Source: the human T2T-CHM13v2.0 reference genome, Homo sapiens | DNA length: 64,000 bases | Assembly: GCF_009914755.1 (NCBI RefSeq) | Contig: NC_060930.1 | Reading direction: 5' to 3' (one strand) | Part shown: piece by piece, positions 62,211 through 64,000 of the stretch | How the letters are laid out: the number at the start of each line of letters is the position of its first letter | Position numbering within the stretch: position 1 is the stretch's first letter | Translations under genes and position numbers: made by a program | Notes under the pieces: generated by a model | What the model saw: only the letters and a program-made list of their open reading frames with translations | Told to the model about the DNA's origin: nothing | Database searches by the model: none

Positions 62211-63659
62211 TATGCAGATCAATATTAGAAAAGAAAGACTGAAAGAAAACATGCCAAAGTATGTACAGCAGTTAAGGAGTGAGACTGATTAATTTTTGAG
62301 CTGTTCTGTTTTCCAAACTTTCTCTATAGAGCATACGTTCATTCTAATTTTTTATAACTCAATCTACCTCAAGGAATTCAAAAAAGCAGTAGGAAAACTC
62401 TAAAATATCTAAAGAGACTAGCTTAAATTCAAAGACTGACAAAAATAAACCTAGAGATAAAGATGCAAGGAATTTAAATTTATTTAATCATAAAAAAGAA
62501 ACACTAATGCCTAAGCATATTACAGTGTATGAATGTATATTATGCTATAGAGAATGACAATTGCGTATTTGAAAATGGACTGAAAAAATGATATGCTATA
62601 AAGAAATAATTCACATCAGTTTTGATTTGAAAGCTGTAAGATAATACTACAAAGCAGGCCATCAACTTTGTTGTAAGATTTGTTTGTGTAATCTTTCCCA
62701 CTGAATTTTTAAACAAAAAGAGAAACATGTCAAAGATAGTTCAGGTTCAATTTTGTTTCGGAGGGAATCATATAAGGAGGAATGTTTAATTCACTATAGA
62801 GCCACAATGGAAAGACCTGTTATTAACACGGGTATCAAGGAAGTAATGACAACCAAATACTCATAATTCGAGGGCCAGAATTAATCTGGGAAATTATTCA
62901 ACACAGGTTGGTTTACTCCTACAGTACCATCTGGTCTCTACATCATACTGTACCAGCAAGTAGCAACCAACCAACATAGAAACAGGACAAATAAATCACT
63001 GTAATAGTAACTATAATGAATGATAGTCCCAATTTCAGTTAAAGTACAAAGAACTGGGTTGCAATATAAAAAGATAATCTTGTAGTCACCTTTTTGTCTA
63101 CAAAAAAAGGAGGGCAGGTATTGGGAATAGAAGAGTAAGGGGAAATAGTCACCTGAGCAACATAGCACCCATGATAGCTTCTCTCTTCGCTTTAATACTA
63201 TAACTAAAATAATCAGTATGCACAGCAGCTACTTTCCAGATTTCTAGATATTCAATTTTGGTGTGTAGTTGCACCTCCTGTTTGAAACATACTATGTTTT
63301 TAAAATTTAGCAGATACCATAAAGATGCATAATGTCTGAAAAGGAAAACCCAAATACTAAACTGAAATAAAATACAGAAAATGATGATTCCAAGAAGTAA
63401 GCAAAAAATTTCATGAACCAACTACATTAAGAGCACTAATAAAAAGGGTAGATATGATAATTATTAGGAATAGTATTTAATCTTCCTCCTATTTTATTTC
63501 CTGGAAACCAGTCTGATGCTAGTTCAAGTAGAAAACACACAATGACATAATGTTTTCAGTTTTAAATATTTTAAAATGTTTACAGTTGTTTTAATAACAA
63601 TTTATTTTTCTTTTAAATAAACATTTTTTAAGTTAGGTGGTTTTTTTTAATGTCAAACA

Positions 63660-64000
63660 TTTTAATCACTCAATTTTGAGTCAACAAACATTTATAGAGC
63701 ACCTATATGAGCCAAATATGGGCTAGAGAATAAGAGGGAAAAAGAAAAGACATGGTACTTACCCTCATGGAGATTGCAGTCTAGCAGGGAAGAAAGACAT
63801 GAAACAAGGACTTACAACAATGTTAAGTGTTATCAAATAGAAGGTATAGGGAAATCTTGAAATATATAGCAAAAGGGTTCTAAACACGTTGGGGCTGAGG
63901 GGTGGATATCTGGGAGTCTGGGAAAACTTCTCTGAAAAACTGACATTTAAACTAAGACCTGAAAAATGAACAGCCACAGAATGCTGATGTGAGCGCAGCA
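63660..64000 (-). mobile_element. L2 3' end (runs off window)
   Basis: tcaacaaacatttatagagcacctatatgagcca...gacatggtacttaccctcatggagattgcagtctag. Confidence 0.75.

Overview
Human or great-ape genomic DNA (AT-rich, dense in Alu, L1, L2, MIR and Tigger repeats) lying entirely inside PHIP (BRWD2/DCAF14), which is transcribed on the minus strand. I reconstructed 15 coding exons by hand. All splice sites are GT-AG and the phases join into one open frame. They encode roughly aa 147-795: most of the WD40 beta-propeller and the start of the linker (exons about 7-21; numbering and residue positions come from my recollection of the reference model). Introns hold two near-full-length Tigger1 copies in opposite orientation, about a dozen Alus, L1M/L2/MIR fragments, MER44A, MER58A, MADE1, an MLT1A LTR and a solo ERV LTR. 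The most notable observation is in the 11-kb intron 15. Four dispersed, mutually complementary blocks (16090-16248, 16385-16427, 16439-16475, 21971-22114) reproduce the ITR / internal-complementary-region / ITR-plus-extension layout of a DIRS-type tyrosine-recombinase retrotransposon about 6 kb long. The downstream ITR overlaps a candidate 162-nt stop-containing (poison) exon whose body and 5' splice site can be sequestered by competing base-pairings. This is a candidate fossil-transposon RNA switch for PHIP dosage. Repeat subfamily names come from remembered consensus sequences, not from a search.
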